Of a stretch of 64,000 bases of DNA, positions 1 through 8,430 are shown piece after piece (within the stretch, counting starts at the first letter, position 1; the number at the start of each line of letters is the position of its first letter). Origin of the DNA: Betaproteobacteria bacterium (lineage in GTDB: Bacteria; Pseudomonadota; Gammaproteobacteria; Burkholderiales; SG8-41); contig CANKUB010000004.1 of NCBI GenBank assembly GCA_947486575.1, forward strand, positions 22,304 through 86,303, given 5' to 3'. A model generated the notes under the pieces. It was given only the letters and a program-made list of their open reading frames with translations, searched no databases and was not told the origin of the DNA. Made by a program: the position numbers and the translations under genes.

Positions 1-542
1 ACACTGCGTCAGCCTTGCGCATCATCGCGCATGTGCAAGAGCTGCGCCCGGGCTTGCCGGTGGTAGTGCGTACCCACGAAGACACCGACATCGACAAACT
101 CAAAACCGCCGGTGCCGCCGAAGTGGTGGCTGAAATCATGGAAGGCAGTTTGATGCTGGCATCCACCACGTTGATGCTGATCGGCACGCCGCTAAACCGC
201 GTGCTGCGACGTATACGTGAAACACGCGAGCATCATTATCATTTGTTTCGCGGATTCTTTCGCGGCGTAACCGATGGCCGCGATGACCTTACCGATGAAA
301 ATCACGCACAGCATCCGCGTCTGCATTCGGTGATGGTGACACCCGGTGCTGCGGCCATTGGCAAAACGTTTGCTGCGTTAAACCTTGTCGCGCTGCATGT
401 AGAAGTCAGCGCCGTGCGCCGTCGCAATGTACGCACCGTGGAGCCGGGGCCGGATACCGTTATTGACGAGGGTGATGTGGTGGTAATGCTGGGGACGGAA
501 GAAGCGGTTGCGGCAGCGGAGATGCAGTTGTTGCAGGGGTAG
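1..542 (+). CDS. 3' part of a Kef-type cation:proton antiporter (RCK/TrkA-N and TrkA-C regulatory domains); 5' end lies outside the window
   Basis: The frame is open from base 3 to the stop at 540-542. The 'M' at 15 is a TTG inside the open frame. The sequence resembles the C-terminal K+ efflux regulatory domain (…VVRTHEDTDIDKLKTAGAAEVV… and a TrkA-C-like tail). Confidence 0.6.
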   Translation, partial: TASALRIIAHVQELRPGLPVVVRTHEDTDIDKLKTAGAAEVVAEIMEGSLMLASTTLMLIGTPLNRVLRRIRETREHHYHLFRGFFRGVTDGRDDLTDENHAQHPRLHSVMVTPGAAAIGKTFAALNLVALHVEVSAVRRRNVRTVEPGPDTVIDEGDVVVMLGTEEAVAAAEMQLLQG

Positions 543-560
543 CGATGACTCGTTTCCCAT

Positions 561-596
561 AAAAAAACCCGCAGAAAGTTCTGCGGGTTTTTGTTT
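561..596. terminator. Bidirectional rho-independent terminator between convergent genes
   Basis: Hairpin ACCCGCAG-aaagtt-CTGCGGGT, flanked by an A-run on the left and a T-run on the right. Confidence 0.7.
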
Positions 597-612
597 AAAA
601 ACAAATACTTAG
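593..612 (+). repeat. AT-rich dispersed motif copy
   Basis: GTTTAAAAACAAATACTTAG matches 15/20 of the consensus CAATAAAAACAAATAGTTAC. Its CTTA supplies the stop codon of the minus-strand pilin gene. Confidence 0.55.
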
Positions 613-1298
613 AATAAGCTGGCGGCACCGCAGTTGGTTTCGCTTTTGGTCGCATGCCATTGACCAGTAGCATCAGAGCATACACCCGCCGCATACGCGC
701 CGACATCAGGTAAACCTGTAGCGCTGGCATTGGTGTAACGTGAGAAGCGGAAACTGCCTTGTATGGCATTGCCATCATCACTCTTGCGATCAACTTCAGC
801 AAGAATTTCAACGGGTATTTGGTTCCCAGACTTCAAATTATGCTTGATGACAGCAGTGCCTGAGTAATTGTTGTCAAACACCAACTGAAGATACGTGCTG
901 TACGGATTCTTCGGAGTGTTCGCATCGAGCACCCCCTGGTTAGCCGTTGCCATAGTATAACTGCCGTTTAGGAAGCCCGCCGCCGTCAAGTGGTTCCAGG
1001 CAATCGTTTGTTCGTTATTTCCACCTGAATTTAAGAGCTGGCCGTTGCCGTCGCCGCCAAACAAGACGTTCGCGATGTTCTGAGTTGCACTTGCAGTCGC
1101 GTAATCACCCGGCAACGCCCGAAACCGATCCTGAAACCCAAAATAAGCCGCCTTGATACCATCCTGCTGCGAAATCAAATTACGCACCCGCGCACTGGTA
1201 ATCAGCTCTTGACCTTTCAGCACACCGCCGAGCAGCAGGCCGATAATCACCAGCACAATTGCAATTTCAATCAGTGTAAAACCGCTTTGCTTCTTCAT
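609..1298 (-). CDS. Prepilin-type N-terminal cleavage/methylation domain protein (type IV pilin-like / pseudopilin)
   Basis: Internal ATG at 1298 with a GGGAGA RBS. The N-terminus MKKQSGFTLIEIAIVLVIIGLLLGG is the class III signal (G/FTLIE). There is a C-terminal Cys pair (GVCSD…ETNCG). The longer ORF-track start at 1511 was rejected. Confidence 0.8.
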   Translation of the reverse strand: MKKQSGFTLIEIAIVLVIIGLLLGGVLKGQELITSARVRNLISQQDGIKAAYFGFQDRFRALPGDYATASATQNIANVLFGGDGNGQLLNSGGNNEQTIAWNHLTAAGFLNGSYTMATANQGVLDANTPKNPYSTYLQLVFDNNYSGTAVIKHNLKSGNQIPVEILAEVDRKSDDGNAIQGSFRFSRYTNASATGLPDVGAYAAGVCSDATGQWHATKSETNCGAASLF

Positions 1299-1442
1299 TA
1301 CCGTTCTCCCTTGGTACTTGGTTCGTGGTATTTGCCAGAAATAAGTGTCTGGCTGTGCCAATATAAACGCAAGCTTTGTACCTGCTTGTTGCAGCAATAA
1401 ATGCCTTATACGCATGTTAATAAAACCACAGCATGGAACTCT

Positions 1443-1462
1443 ATAACTATATGGTTTTATTA
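1443..1462 (-). repeat. AT-rich dispersed motif copy
   Basis: The reverse complement TAATAAAACCATATAGTTAT matches 16/20. It lies in the pilin upstream region, which holds further fragments (about 1359-1485). Confidence 0.55.
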
Positions 1463-1574
1463 ACTTATTATTGTTTCGTTGTTGGTTTATTACTACAGAA
1501 ATTATTGACATTTCAGAGGCATTTTGCTGAACCCTTAGGCACGATACCGTCTTTTGCTTAACGAGGTTTCAACA

Positions 1575-2321
1575 CTATTGTCGATTTTTCGACACCTCTT
1601 TGATGCCTTTGAGTTTTTCCAACTGCTCCGTCAAGAAATGCAATTCCTGCGGGTCACTTACTTCTTTGTTGGCCAGCAGACCGCCCAATAGCACGGCTGC
1701 GCGTTCAGCTTCACCCATGTCTTCCAGCAAAAAAATGCGCATTTGCCGCGCCCAGCCCGATGCCTTGCCCGCATGGCGCGCAATGTCTTCGGCGTAACGC
1801 AATGCCAGCGGCAGATCTTTCATGCGATGCCGCGCCATGATTGCGCAGTGCGCGAGCCAGCGCCAGCGCGCGTTGGGGCGATCTAAAAACTCGCGATGCA
1901 CGAATTCACACATGCTGCGCTGGCGCGCTTCGTCGAGCACCTGCCCGTAGAGCTGCGAGGCCATCATCAGCGGATATTGTGCCGCGGGGTCGAGCGCTAA
2001 CGCAGCCCGCAACCACGCGCTTACGCGCGCGTAATCCAGCTCGGCAAACGGAATGCTTACACCGGGCTGGTTGTCGAACGCCTGCAAATACAGCGTGAGC
2101 ATTTGCGACAACGCTTGCGGCTCGCCCACACTCATTACGCGTAGCGCCGCCACCGGTAACGGCGCTTCGAGTGCTGCGGCTGTAGCCTGTGGCCGTGCTT
2201 CAATAAATCGCATGGTGCCGTGTGCCGCTAATGCGAGCAAAAATACCGCCAACACCCAGCGCGGTACGGCGCTGAAACTGCGTTCGGGTTCAAACAGGCC
2301 GATGTGCTTCAAGCGGCGCAC
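1575..2321 (-). CDS. Hypothetical membrane-anchored protein (one N-terminal TM helix, helical repeat-like body)
   Basis: A GTG at 2321 lies one nucleotide after the stop of the upstream gene (TGAaGTG), which suggests translational coupling. I recognise no family. Confidence 0.4.
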   Translation of the reverse strand: MRRLKHIGLFEPERSFSAVPRWVLAVFLLALAAHGTMRFIEARPQATAAALEAPLPVAALRVMSVGEPQALSQMLTLYLQAFDNQPGVSIPFAELDYARVSAWLRAALALDPAAQYPLMMASQLYGQVLDEARQRSMCEFVHREFLDRPNARWRWLAHCAIMARHRMKDLPLALRYAEDIARHAGKASGWARQMRIFLLEDMGEAERAAVLLGGLLANKEVSDPQELHFLTEQLEKLKGIKEVSKNRQ

Positions 2322-2322
2322 T

Positions 2323-3117
2323 TCAAAAGTTACGCCGCTGAAAATCCACCATTGCAGCCCCTGCCAGCAGCACCACGTACAGCGCTGCCTGCGCCAACAG
2401 CAGGCCAAACAACGGCCACGGTACCATCGCATCGGCCAGCCATGTAGTTTGCGGCCAGCGGTCGAGCGCTGGCATCACCAGCGCCAGAGCATCCACCAGC
2501 CAGCGGCCAACCTCGTGCGACAGCGTGCCCGCGCCAGTCAATGGGTGTGCGCTGATGAGTTGTATCGCGGTCAAGCTGCGCGCCAGCAGGTAAAACGCCA
2601 GCACCAGCGCCGCTGCTGGAATAAACTGGCCAAACGCAATCACGCAAAACAGCGAAAATGCCGCCACCACCGATAGCTCCAGCACCAGCGCAACACCCCA
2701 TTGCGCTACAGCTGCCACCGGCGCTTGCAGCAGCAACGGCACACAGGTGATGGCCGCAACCAGCGCGGCAATCGCCAGAAACCCGCCGAGTTTGCCGAGG
2801 ATATAATGCGAGCGCGGCAAATCCAGCGCGAGCAGGGCATCAATGCCCTTATCGTTGAATTCGCGGGTGATGCTGCCCAGCACGTGCGTAGCCACAATGA
2901 ATACCGCAGCAAAACGCGCGCCAGCGGCGTAAAAGGTCAGTTGCAGGCGCGCGCTTTCGATCACCGCCAGTTCAGACACAAAAAAAGCCAGCGCCAGCAT
3001 CAGCGCGAGCGCGGCGGCGAGTAGTAAAGGCAAGCGTGTACGCCGCGCTTCGAGCAGGGTGTAGTGTGAAATAGCTAGAATCTGTTGCATGGCAGGCGAA
3101 GTATAGCGATTTTGCAA
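2323..3117 (-). CDS. Polytopic membrane protein, ABC-2-type permease-like
   Basis: Six or more hydrophobic segments. The start is either TTG at 3117 or ATG at 3090. No ATPase partner is present in the window. Confidence 0.45.
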   Translation of the reverse strand: MQNRYTSPAMQQILAISHYTLLEARRTRLPLLLAAALALMLALAFFVSELAVIESARLQLTFYAAGARFAAVFIVATHVLGSITREFNDKGIDALLALDLPRSHYILGKLGGFLAIAALVAAITCVPLLLQAPVAAVAQWGVALVLELSVVAAFSLFCVIAFGQFIPAAALVLAFYLLARSLTAIQLISAHPLTGAGTLSHEVGRWLVDALALVMPALDRWPQTTWLADAMVPWPLFGLLLAQAALYVVLLAGAAMVDFQRRNF

Positions 3118-3155
3118 GAGCGGTTTTTCCCCGGATACCCATCACGTCCATATTC

Positions 3156-4871
3156 ATGCCCGTAGGTTCGATGCCGCAGACACAGAATGCGAAAAGTAGT
3201 TTCATCGCGCGCCACGCCCATATCTGGCTGGGGCTGATGCTGCTGACACTGCATGCGGCCACCGCATGGGGCACGGGCACGGTTTGGGCTTCTGCATTGC
3301 TGCTGGCGCACTTTGGCTTGTTTCTAATGTGGCAGCCTTTATGGCAGGGCGACGGCGAACTGCGCCCCGCGCAGGCATTGCTGGTTATATTGTTCGGTTT
3401 ACTGTTGGCCACGTTCAGCAGTTGGTGGTTGATTGCGGTGTGGCTGGCGGTGCTGACAGCGTTGATTGGCGGTGGCGTGCCCAGCCTTACGCGTGGCCGT
3501 CAGCGCCTGGCGTCGATGATGGCCGCACTCTATTTGCTGGCACTGCTGCTGATGTGGGTGGTGCCGCAATTGGCGGGGCAGCTATCCACCGACGTTATGC
3601 AACCCGCACTGGTGCCGGTGGTGCGCTATGGCCTGCTGCTGATTGCACTGGCTATTCTGTTTGTGCGTGCTGCACCGGCACGTAACGTCACCCATGTTGC
3701 GGTGGATGTGTTTTACAGCCTCATGTTGTTTCTGCTGGTGGCGGCGCTGGTGTTGGGCAGCCTGGTGCTGGTCAAAACCAATCAAGGGCAATACTTGGTG
3801 GCGTTGGCGCAAACACTCATCATGATTGCGGTGGCGCTGGTGGGGTTATCGTGGCTGATGAGTCCGACGGCAGGGTTCGCCGGTTTTGATCAATTGCTGT
3901 CGCGTTACCTGATGAGCGTAGGTTTGCCGTTCGAGCAATGGGTGCAGCGGCTGGCGCAGATCGCGGAGCACGAAAGCGCGCCGCAGCAATTTCTCGATGC
4001 TGCACTGGAGCACATGCTGGCGCTGCCGTGGGTGATCGGCCTGCGCTGGGAAACGCCGCTGGGTTCAGGCCACTACGGGCGGCTGAATGAACACTACGCG
4101 GATTTTACCTTTGACGATTTGACGCTGCGCATTCATACGCGCTGGGCGCTGTCGCCCGCAATGTTGTTGCATGTAAAGTTGCTGGCGCAGATGATCGGCC
4201 ACTTTCACGCCGCCAAATTACGCGAACAGATGCAGCGCAAAAATGCCTATACGCAGGCGATTCATGAAACGGGTTCGCGTCTGACGCACGATGTCAAGAA
4301 TCTGCTGCAATCGCTGCATGCACTCTGCACGCTGAGTGCCACAGCGCAAGACAACACACCCGAACAATCGGCCGCATTGCTGGCGTTGATGCAGCGGCAG
4401 TTGCCGCAGATCACGCAACGGTTAAGCGCCACGCTGGATAAACTGGGCACGCCCGATCAGATTGAATCGCGCCACACCGACGCGGCGGACTGGTGGCGCG
4501 CGCTGCAACAACGTTACGCCTATCGCAATGTGCGCCTGATATTGCAGGGCGAGTTGAATGAACGCAGCGTGCCCGTTGAGGTATTCGACAGCATTATCGA
4601 CAATCTGATTGAAAACGCGCTGCGCAAAGCTTCGGAAGTTCAAGTCACATTTGCGCCCGCACGCATGACATTAACCGTCTGCGACGCCGGTGAGGCAATA
4701 CCCAAAGCGCTGGCAGTGCAGTTATTTAGCGCGCCAGTGGCATCCAACGCCGGTTTGGGCGTGGGGCTGTATCACGCGGCTCGCCTGGCTGCACAACACG
4801 GTTACGCATTGACGTTGGCGAACAATGAACCGGGTGAGGTTTGTTTCAGGCTGGTGCCCGATGAAAAATAA
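3156..4871 (+). CDS. Sensor histidine kinase with a large polytopic N-terminal membrane domain
   Basis: About 8 TM segments are followed by an H-box (THDVKNLLQSL), an N-box (IDNLIENALRKA) and a G-box (NAGLGVGLYHAARLA). No response regulator gene is adjacent. Confidence 0.75.
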   Translation: MPVGSMPQTQNAKSSFIARHAHIWLGLMLLTLHAATAWGTGTVWASALLLAHFGLFLMWQPLWQGDGELRPAQALLVILFGLLLATFSSWWLIAVWLAVLTALIGGGVPSLTRGRQRLASMMAALYLLALLLMWVVPQLAGQLSTDVMQPALVPVVRYGLLLIALAILFVRAAPARNVTHVAVDVFYSLMLFLLVAALVLGSLVLVKTNQGQYLVALAQTLIMIAVALVGLSWLMSPTAGFAGFDQLLSRYLMSVGLPFEQWVQRLAQIAEHESAPQQFLDAALEHMLALPWVIGLRWETPLGSGHYGRLNEHYADFTFDDLTLRIHTRWALSPAMLLHVKLLAQMIGHFHAAKLREQMQRKNAYTQAIHETGSRLTHDVKNLLQSLHALCTLSATAQDNTPEQSAALLALMQRQLPQITQRLSATLDKLGTPDQIESRHTDAADWWRALQQRYAYRNVRLILQGELNERSVPVEVFDSIIDNLIENALRKASEVQVTFAPARMTLTVCDAGEAIPKALAVQLFSAPVASNAGLGVGLYHAARLAAQHGYALTLANNEPGEVCFRLVPDEK

Positions 4872-4872
4872 C

Positions 4873-4893
4873 TTATTTAAAACAATAGCTTAC
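4873..4893 (+). repeat. AT-rich dispersed motif copy (indel variant)
   Basis: TTATTTAAAACAATAGCTTAC lies between the convergent histidine kinase and mutY genes and overlaps the mutY stop. Confidence 0.5.
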
Positions 4894-5934
4894 GATAAGC
4901 TTCCTCACGGGTGTTGGCAGCGCTGCGCGAACCGCGTCTTCCATGGATAACCATATTACTTTCGGCACGCGCGCTGTGGATTTTTTCACATCCAGCAGCA
5001 GCGGTTCGATGTTCAGCTTGAAATGCGTGAAACTATGCGCAAGCGTAGGTAGTGTTTTGGACGCCAGCACTGTAGCGCCATGGCGCTTGGCCGCTGCTGA
5101 TACTTCGCGCGCGTGACTTACTTCCGGCAGCGACCACAGTCCGCCCCAGATGCCTTTCGCTTCACGCTTTTCGAGCAGAATTTCTCCGGCGTTGCGCATC
5201 AGCAGCATCACGGTTTCGCGCTGCGGCAATGCTGCGCGCGGTTTTTTACCCGGCAAAATTTCAGTAAGCCCACTTAAGTGAGCCACACAATCGGCGCCCA
5301 ATGGACAGCTTGCACACTGCGGCTTGCTGCGCGAACAGAGGCTAGCGCCTAAATCCATCAGGCCTTGGGTGTACGCCACGATGCCGCTTCGGGGAGGCAA
5401 CAGCGCTTCGGCGTGTTGCCACAGTTTTCGCTGCACCTTTGTTTCACCGGGATAGCCGTGCACGCCGCAATAACGCGCCAGCACGCGCTTGACGTTGCCA
5501 TCGAGTATCGCGTGACGTCCGCCATAGGCAAACACGCAAATTGCAGCCGCCGTAGAGCGTCCGATGCCGGGAAGTTCCTGCACCGCTTCAGGATCGTTCG
5601 GCATAACGCCGCCGTGTCGCTCGACAATCAAATCAGCCGCCTTGTGCAGATTGCGCGCGCGCGAGTAGTAACCGAGACCGCTCCAAAGCGTTAACACCGC
5701 ATCCAGCGGTGCAGCAGCCAGCGCGTTTACATTGGGGAATTTTTTAAGAAAGTTTTTGTAATACGGAATGACGGTGCCGACCTGCGTTTGCTGCAACATG
5801 ATCTCCGACAGCCATATCCGATAGGCGTCGCGCGTGCCCTGCCAGGGTAAATCATGTCGTCCGTGGCGCTTGTGCCACGCGATGAGGCGCGTGGACGCGC
5901 TGCGCTCAGCGGCCAAAAATTCCCTTGAGCACAT
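4873..5934 (-). CDS. mutY: A/G-specific adenine DNA glycosylase
   Basis: HhH-GPD core (LPWQ…YRIWLSEIMLQQTQV), an Fe-S cluster loop (CSRSKPQCASCPLGADC) and a NUDIX-like C-terminus. The start is uncertain (5934, 5946 or 6012) and overlaps the asmA 3' end. Confidence 0.85.
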   Translation of the reverse strand: MCSREFLAAERSASTRLIAWHKRHGRHDLPWQGTRDAYRIWLSEIMLQQTQVGTVIPYYKNFLKKFPNVNALAAAPLDAVLTLWSGLGYYSRARNLHKAADLIVERHGGVMPNDPEAVQELPGIGRSTAAAICVFAYGGRHAILDGNVKRVLARYCGVHGYPGETKVQRKLWQHAEALLPPRSGIVAYTQGLMDLGASLCSRSKPQCASCPLGADCVAHLSGLTEILPGKKPRAALPQRETVMLLMRNAGEILLEKREAKGIWGGLWSLPEVSHAREVSAAAKRHGATVLASKTLPTLAHSFTHFKLNIEPLLLDVKKSTARVPKVIWLSMEDAVRAALPTPVRKLIVSYCFK

Positions 5935-8206
5935 CCTTGGCGGCATCGCGACCGGAGGGAGCAGGCGCGGGTGTTGCGCCCGGTGTTGTTGGTGTAGCGG
6001 GCTTTTTGCCAAACAGGCTTTCTTCGATTTTGCTTTTCACCATATCTTCGGCTTTTTGCTTCACGGTGTCGGTCAACAGCGAATTGAAATCCAGGCTAAA
6101 GGAAGGTGTCGCCAGCGGCCCGCTTACACGCACCGGCACTGTAACGCCTTTTAATTCATTGACGCTGCGTCCATCCTGCCCGGTCAGCGTGCCGACGATC
6201 GCAGCTTTTACCAGGTAATTGACGGTATCGGCGCCGATGTTGATATCGCCTTCGCCGGAGACCCGCAGCAGCGGCGATTTGAGTGAGAGATCATTGTTGT
6301 GCGCCACGCCGTTGTTAATCGCGAAGGTGCTGCTTAGCTCGGAGAATTCCGTTTTCTTGGTGTTATCCGCCGCTTGCGTTTGCTGGCCTTTGAGTGAACC
6401 CAACTTGGCTTTGGCGTCGTTGATGGTGCGCGCAATGTCGATGCCTTTGATGGCGCCGTCACGCAGATTCACTGCGGCGCTTCCGTTCAATGCGCGTTTT
6501 AATGCGCCGACGGTTGCGCCTGTTGTGCGCACGTCCACGTTGACCGTGCCTTTGCCATCCAGCATGTCTTTGTTGGCGAGGTCTTTGAGCAGCGGGCCGA
6601 TGGAGACGCCGCTCAAATTCTGTTTGATGGCGAATGAGGGTGTTGCCTGTGCGGCATTGACCGTTGCCGCGCCATTCATCGCGCCGCCATACAAATTTGC
6701 TGACAGCGGGCTTACCGTTACCTGACCGCCACCGGCTTTGATTTCCAGCCGTACATTGCTGGCCTTGAGGTTCGATGCCTTGAGCGTGCCAATGCTGATT
6801 TTGCCGTTAGCACGCAGGCTGCGCAGGGCCGTGACGTCGATGGGTTTTTCTGCGCCACCACCACCGCTACCCGCGGATTTGCCGTCGCCCGGTGGCGCAT
6901 ATTTGTCGATGTCTAATTGATCGATATCAATATCGAAGGTCAATCCCGGCGGCGCAAAACCGTTGACGCCGAGTTGCGCTTTGATGGTGCTGTCCGCGAC
7001 TTTGCCAGCAAGATTTGCCTGCACCTGCTGCTTGCTGCCATTGACGCTGGCGTTGCCGGTGAGGTTGCCGCTGATGCGTTTGCCCGGCAGATTCGGCCCG
7101 GTGGCGGTGATATTCACGCCGAGCTGCGATAACGTAATTTGCTGCGTTTGAAAGTTGCCCGACAGGGGCGAAGTTACGCGCGCTTTGACGCTTTGCTCGC
7201 CGTGTTTCATATCCAGATCCAGTGTCATGCCTGCGGCCTTGAACGCCTGTGCTGTGCCTTCAATACCGGGCAGCACCACATTCGCCTGCGTGACACCTTG
7301 GGCGTTGGTGATTTTGGCCGCGATAGTCACTTTATCACCGGAGGCTTTATCTTTAGTAATCAATAACTTGGGCGCATCAAATTTAATATCGAGATTGTCC
7401 TTGCCGCTCACCGCTGTCAGCGCCAGCGACAAACCGTTGGTCGTGAATTCGCCCGCTTTGAGTTTGGCGGTGACACCACCCGACGCCTTGGCATTGAGAT
7501 TGCTGATGTCGGCAGCCTGACCTTTCGCTTCAAGCTCCAGGTTCTCCAGGGAAAACACCTGATTTTCAAGATCAAACGTGAGCCTGGTCTTGAGCGATAT
7601 GCCAAGATTGACCTTAGGCTTATCGCCTTGCACTGTTACCGATAAATCAATTTTGCCTGGCACGTTAGGTGCAATTCGCCCAGTGCTAAGGTTCATATTG
7701 GATAGCGAGTAGGACGCACGCTGCGCTTCGTCACGATAGGTCAGGGTGGTTTTTTCGATTTTGACATGATCGATATCGAATTCAACCTGCTGCTGCTTTT
7801 TGTCGTCATCCTTGGTGAGCAGGTCGTCGATATTCAGGTGGCCATCTTTGTATTTAATGACGGTAGCACGCACGCCGCTGATTTCAACCTCATCCACTAC
7901 GACTTTCTTCGACAGTAGCGGCATCAATTTGAGCGACACACGGGCACTTTCAACTGCGGCAAACTCTGCATCGCTCTTGAATTCAGACAACGCCAGCTTG
8001 CCGAGATCGGCGCCGATGCTGGGCCAGAATTTGAGCTTGATTTCGCCATCAAGCTTCAGCGTGCGCTGCTTTTTATCTTTGACCAGTTGAATGATTTGCG
8101 GCTTGTACGAATTGGGATCGAAGGTGGCCGCAATGTAGGCTACGACACCGCCCAGTAGCACTGCCACACCTGCGAACGCCATTAACAGATATTTGACGAT
8201 TTTCAT
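5906..8206 (-). CDS. asmA: AsmA family outer-membrane biogenesis protein
   Basis: N-terminal anchor MKIVKYLLMAFAGVAVLLGG. The body is long and rich in beta-strand-type repeats, with a typical AsmA C-terminal region. Confidence 0.8.
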   Translation of the reverse strand: MKIVKYLLMAFAGVAVLLGGVVAYIAATFDPNSYKPQIIQLVKDKKQRTLKLDGEIKLKFWPSIGADLGKLALSEFKSDAEFAAVESARVSLKLMPLLSKKVVVDEVEISGVRATVIKYKDGHLNIDDLLTKDDDKKQQQVEFDIDHVKIEKTTLTYRDEAQRASYSLSNMNLSTGRIAPNVPGKIDLSVTVQGDKPKVNLGISLKTRLTFDLENQVFSLENLELEAKGQAADISNLNAKASGGVTAKLKAGEFTTNGLSLALTAVSGKDNLDIKFDAPKLLITKDKASGDKVTIAAKITNAQGVTQANVVLPGIEGTAQAFKAAGMTLDLDMKHGEQSVKARVTSPLSGNFQTQQITLSQLGVNITATGPNLPGKRISGNLTGNASVNGSKQQVQANLAGKVADSTIKAQLGVNGFAPPGLTFDIDIDQLDIDKYAPPGDGKSAGSGGGGAEKPIDVTALRSLRANGKISIGTLKASNLKASNVRLEIKAGGGQVTVSPLSANLYGGAMNGAATVNAAQATPSFAIKQNLSGVSIGPLLKDLANKDMLDGKGTVNVDVRTTGATVGALKRALNGSAAVNLRDGAIKGIDIARTINDAKAKLGSLKGQQTQAADNTKKTEFSELSSTFAINNGVAHNNDLSLKSPLLRVSGEGDINIGADTVNYLVKAAIVGTLTGQDGRSVNELKGVTVPVRVSGPLATPSFSLDFNSLLTDTVKQKAEDMVKSKIEESLFGKKPATPTTPGATPAPAPSGRDAAKDVLKGIFGR

Positions 8207-8250
8207 GGCTTTTAACCCTTGTCCGTTATCCCGCGATTCAAGGTTGGGGT

Positions 8251-8324
8251 TGGAGCGGGTGAAGGGAATCGAACCCTCGTATGCAGCTTGGGAAGCTGCC
8301 GTTCTACCATTGAACTACACCCGC
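8251..8324 (-). tRNA. tRNA-Gly (anticodon CCC), CCA encoded
   Basis: The reverse complement GCGGGTGTAGTTCAATGGTAGAAC…GCAGCTTCCCAAGCTGC…GGTTCGATTCCCTTCACCCGCTCCA folds as a cloverleaf. The anticodon loop is TTCCCAA. Confidence 0.9.
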
Positions 8325-8430
8325 GCGGAATTGCTGGTTACCCGTGACTGACTGGTGCGTCTGATTCTACCATCGCAGCATTGCGGGTACTGGTTTGTGT
8401 TACAGGGGGCCGCGATTGAAACGTAAAGTG

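Noticed and set aside
609-1511. Extended ORF-track starts for the pilin gene (1511), ftsI (23339), murD (28865), murG (31497), murC (32764), ftsA (36649) and others.
   Set aside because: The N-terminal extensions overlap upstream genes and lack homology-like sequence. Internal starts give canonical N-termini and coupled stop/start overlaps.
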